DNA from: an uncultured Nitrospiraceae bacterium
Lineage (GTDB): Bacteria; Nitrospirota; Nitrospiria; Nitrospirales; Nitrospiraceae
Direction: 5' to 3'
Assembly: GCA_963846575.1 (NCBI GenBank)
Contig: CAWJWJ010000001.1
Coordinates: 320,001-384,000 of the forward strand
Length of the DNA stretch: 64,000 nucleotides
The notes below the pieces were generated by a model. It did not search any database and had not been told where the DNA came from. It worked only from the letters and a program-made list of their open reading frames with translations. Each line of letters starts with the position of its first letter. Position 1 is the first letter of the stretch. Below, piece after piece: positions 60,876 to 64,000 of the stretch. The position numbers and the translations under genes are program-made.

Positions 60876-62024
60876 TCAAAATGCCGTAGCGCTAGCCAGA
60901 CAAGCCTCGATGTATTCGTCCTCCCCCTTCCGGCAAGCTTGTGCACGCTTGTTTTTATCGTCGAACAGCGGAACCACCATCTCGCCCACCGTGGCATAAC
61001 AGTCCCTCTTAAAAGATCCATCCAAGGTTCGGCAGAAGGCAAGACCCGGATCTGGACTGGCATCGGTGAGGATAAAATCCTTCACGGCACCGATGATGCA
61101 TTGCCGGATTTGATCGCCTTGTCCAAGCCGGCAGAGTTCGTTGACGCGGACGGCATCGCGGAGGGTAAAGCCGCTGATATCACGACCCAAACTCCTATAG
61201 CAGGTTGTCTGGTGTTCGCCTTCCACACGAGCACATTGAGTGAAGGCTTGGGCAAAATCATAATTCAGGAACGTCAGTACTGCCGAGGTTTGCATGAGGT
61301 AACAGGATCTCAGATATTTTTCATTCAGAACCGAGCAGGGGTATAGGAGATCTTGTGGGTTCAAAAAACTTGTTGCCGACTCACTGTGGTGATGGCCGCC
61401 GGGCTGTGTTGCCCGCCTTGCCTGCTGAAACGTCACGATGTTTTCCATGAACACACCGCCATAGCAGGACTCGCGATCCCATGACCCGGGCAATGCATCG
61501 CAAAAGGCGAGACTTTTGAGGACATCATAATGAAACTGGATGGTCAGACCGTGTCCCAACCCATGAAGACAGTTGTACCGCTGGAATGAGTAGGCAGATA
61601 CCGTTTCACTGGTCGGACAGAGGGGCAAAATATGCTGTGGCTCCACTACGGGCAAACTGCTGAGATAAGCCTGCAACACACCATGGTAGCAGCCCGACCA
61701 GAAGACATCCCGACAATGCGACAAGGCCAACGGGGCCGTGCCATACCGGGAGAACGATCGTTGACCGACATGATGGACGAGGGGATGCGCCTCGCGTAAC
61801 GCCTCAGGGTCCTCAGCCGTGATCTGCTCGAGCGCGGTGATAGCCTTTTCGGTCCCCTCATTTTGCAGTACCGTCTCCAGCTGCTGCTGATAGCACTGTA
61901 TTCTCTCGTCAAACGGCAAGACTCGGCAGGCCGCTGGAAGGGGGAGCTCGCCTGCCCAACCCCATCCCGCCCATGAGTTGCCCAGCAACAGCACAAGGAT
62001 CCATGCACGCCAGCAAAACTTCAC
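60876..62024 (-). CDS. Exported Cys/His-rich helical repeat protein (CxHGxGH type)
   Basis: GAGGAG RBS, signal peptide, repeats AHPLVHHVG, CYHGV, CLHGLGHGL, CYGGVFMEN, CYRSLG. Confidence 0.85.
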   Translation of the reverse strand: MKFCWRAWILVLLLGNSWAGWGWAGELPLPAACRVLPFDERIQCYQQQLETVLQNEGTEKAITALEQITAEDPEALREAHPLVHHVGQRSFSRYGTAPLALSHCRDVFWSGCYHGVLQAYLSSLPVVEPQHILPLCPTSETVSAYSFQRYNCLHGLGHGLTIQFHYDVLKSLAFCDALPGSWDRESCYGGVFMENIVTFQQARRATQPGGHHHSESATSFLNPQDLLYPCSVLNEKYLRSCYLMQTSAVLTFLNYDFAQAFTQCARVEGEHQTTCYRSLGRDISGFTLRDAVRVNELCRLGQGDQIRQCIIGAVKDFILTDASPDPGLAFCRTLDGSFKRDCYATVGEMVVPLFDDKNKRAQACRKGEDEYIEACLASATAF

Positions 62025-62220
62025 AATCCGTGCTCCTCTTATTTGATACCTACAAACCGCAAAGCGTCTGATTCTAGGCCAGATCGTTCGTCCGATCCAG
62101 GAAAATTCAACTCATGCGCTCAGTGTAGTGGCCTCGTAATCGAAGCCTCTTCTCCCGCCCCGCTGTTCTGTGATAGAACCATGCGCGTTTCCTCATCTGA
62201 TCGACGGGACCACCGCAACC

Positions 62221-63924
62221 ATGTCCACTGAACAGGAATCCCCCTCGCGCTCGGACTTTATCCGTGAAATCGTGGCAGCTGACCGGGCCGCCGGCAAACA
62301 TGCCGGACGGGTCGTCACCCGCTTTCCACCCGAACCGAACGGCTATCTCCATATCGGGCATGCAAAGTCGATTTGCTTAAACTTCGGCATCGCCAACGAA
62401 CAGCCTGGCGGAACCTGTCATCTCCGCATGGACGATACCAACCCGACCACAGAAGATCCCGAATACGTCCGGGCAATCCAGGATGATGTCCACTGGCTCG
62501 GTTTCGATTGGCAGAACAATCTGTTCTTCGCCTCGGACTATTTTGAACGTCTCTACGAGTATGCGGTGACTCTGATTAAAAAACACTGCGCTTACGTCGA
62601 CAGCCTCTCGGCCGAGGAGATGCGCCGATATCGAGGCACCTTGACCGAACCGGGTCAGGCGAGTCCGTTTCGCGAGCGCAGCGTAGAGGAAAATCTCGAG
62701 CTGTTTCGACGGATGCGGGGGGGCGAGTTTCCAGACGGGGCACACGTGCTCCGGGCAATGATCGACATGGCTTCTCCGAATATCAATCTTCGTGACCCCG
62801 TGCTGTACCGTATCAGACACGTCGCGCACTATCGCACGGGCACAGCCTGGTGCATCTACCCCGCCTATGATTTCGCGCATCCGCTATCCGATGCGATGGA
62901 AGGCATCACACACTCGATTTGCACATTGGAATTCGAGGATCACCGCCCACTGTACGACTGGGTGGTTGAGAAGTGCGAGACACCCCATCGACCGCAGCAA
63001 ATCGAATTCGCCCGGCTGAATGTTGCTTTTACGGTCATGAGCAAGAGGAAACTACTCGACCTGGTGGAGCGGAAGCTTGTCCACGGCTGGGACGACCCAC
63101 GCCTCCCCACTCTCAAGGGTCTGCGTCGGCGGGGTTTCCCTCCCGAAGCACTGCGTGCGTTCTGCGAAGCAATCGGCGTGGCGAAGAGGGATGCGGTGGT
63201 CGAAATGCAGCTGCTTGAACATTTCGTCAGAGAGGATCTGAACAAGCGCGCCCCCCGTGTGATGGCTGTCCTCCGCCCGTTGCGTCTCGTCATCGAAAAC
63301 TATCCGGAGGACCAAGTCGAACAACTAGAGGCAGTCAATAATCCAGAAGATCCAACTGCCGGGGTACGTCAATTGCCATTTTCACGCACCATTTACATTG
63401 ACCAAGACGACTTCAAAGAAGATCCGCCCAAACAGTTCTTCCGCCTGACGATCGGCCGTGAGGTGCGGCTCCGGTATGCCTACATCATTAAGTGCGTCGG
63501 TCTGGTGAAGGACCCGGCCACGGGCGAGGTGACTGAAGTGCGATGCACCTATGACCAGGAGACCAAAAGCGGTGGGCCGCAAGCTCAACGAAAAGTAAAA
63601 GCCACTATTCATTGGGTGTCTGCGCCGCACGCCGTCGATGCGCAAATACGACTGTATGGCACGTTACTCCTCACGGACCCGGCCAAGATTTCACCTGATC
63701 AGGACTGGACTCAACACTTGAATCCGCTTTCACTCGAGCGTCTGCTGGCCTGCAAGGTGGAACCCAGCCTGGTGTCGGTCGCGCCGGGGACCAGGCTGCA
63801 ATTCGAACGGGTGGGATACTTCTGCGCCGACCCCGATTCCTCACCAGGGCAACCTGTCTTCAATCGAACTGTTACCCTCAAAGACGCTTGGGCCAAGATC
63901 GAAAAGGCTCAAGTTCCTCGCTAA
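62221..63924 (+). CDS. glnS: Glutamine--tRNA ligase
   Basis: [49 protein letters not shown]. Confidence 0.97.
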   Translation: MSTEQESPSRSDFIREIVAADRAAGKHAGRVVTRFPPEPNGYLHIGHAKSICLNFGIANEQPGGTCHLRMDDTNPTTEDPEYVRAIQDDVHWLGFDWQNNLFFASDYFERLYEYAVTLIKKHCAYVDSLSAEEMRRYRGTLTEPGQASPFRERSVEENLELFRRMRGGEFPDGAHVLRAMIDMASPNINLRDPVLYRIRHVAHYRTGTAWCIYPAYDFAHPLSDAMEGITHSICTLEFEDHRPLYDWVVEKCETPHRPQQIEFARLNVAFTVMSKRKLLDLVERKLVHGWDDPRLPTLKGLRRRGFPPEALRAFCEAIGVAKRDAVVEMQLLEHFVREDLNKRAPRVMAVLRPLRLVIENYPEDQVEQLEAVNNPEDPTAGVRQLPFSRTIYIDQDDFKEDPPKQFFRLTIGREVRLRYAYIIKCVGLVKDPATGEVTEVRCTYDQETKSGGPQAQRKVKATIHWVSAPHAVDAQIRLYGTLLLTDPAKISPDQDWTQHLNPLSLERLLACKVEPSLVSVAPGTRLQFERVGYFCADPDSSPGQPVFNRTVTLKDAWAKIEKAQVPR

Positions 63925-64000
63925 TCATCCACGCTCACTGTCCCGAATTGGCCTTCCTGACTCTCCCACACAAAGTACTGCCATTCCGGCCTTCAGCAGC

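Noticed and set aside
1..64000. CRISPR array, rRNA, intact IS or prophage genes
   Set aside because: No regularly spaced repeats, rRNA-like sequence, transposase or phage structural motifs seen.

Overview
64-kb window from a GC-rich bacterial chromosome; gene content and protein style suggest Nitrospira (Nitrospirota), which is an inference. The left part carries a partial sigma-54 (NtrC-family) regulator, lipA, a decayed pyruvate-dehydrogenase E2 remnant and a DabB-DabA-PII(SbtB-like) inorganic-carbon uptake operon. Next come an operon joining a DUF692/MNIO-family iron enzyme to dus and maf, CBS-PilZ, LOG, a frameshifted DHH phosphoesterase, rhomboid, a hybrid kinase with a pseudo-receiver, and purEK. 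The centre holds a four-gene TolC/HlyD/2xABC export system in which both ATPase domains lack the catalytic motifs, followed by a polyamine cluster (deoxyhypusine-synthase-like, DsbA-like, Zn-ribbon, ALDH, pyruvoyl arginine decarboxylase, agmatinase). The right part has two-component and envelope genes, an inverted 252-bp copy of the NtrC gene, and a signalling island (two hybrid kinases, REC-GGDEF-EAL, PilZ, two paralogous tiny lipoproteins). That island ends at a tyrosine-integrase pseudogene not visible in the ORF track and at tRNA-Glu(CTC). A Cys/His-repeat exported protein and glnS close the window. The strongest candidates for undescribed biology are the doubly degenerate ABC export system, the orphan MNIO-dus-maf operon and the tRNA-Glu signalling island. 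All family calls are from motif recognition by eye, not database searches.
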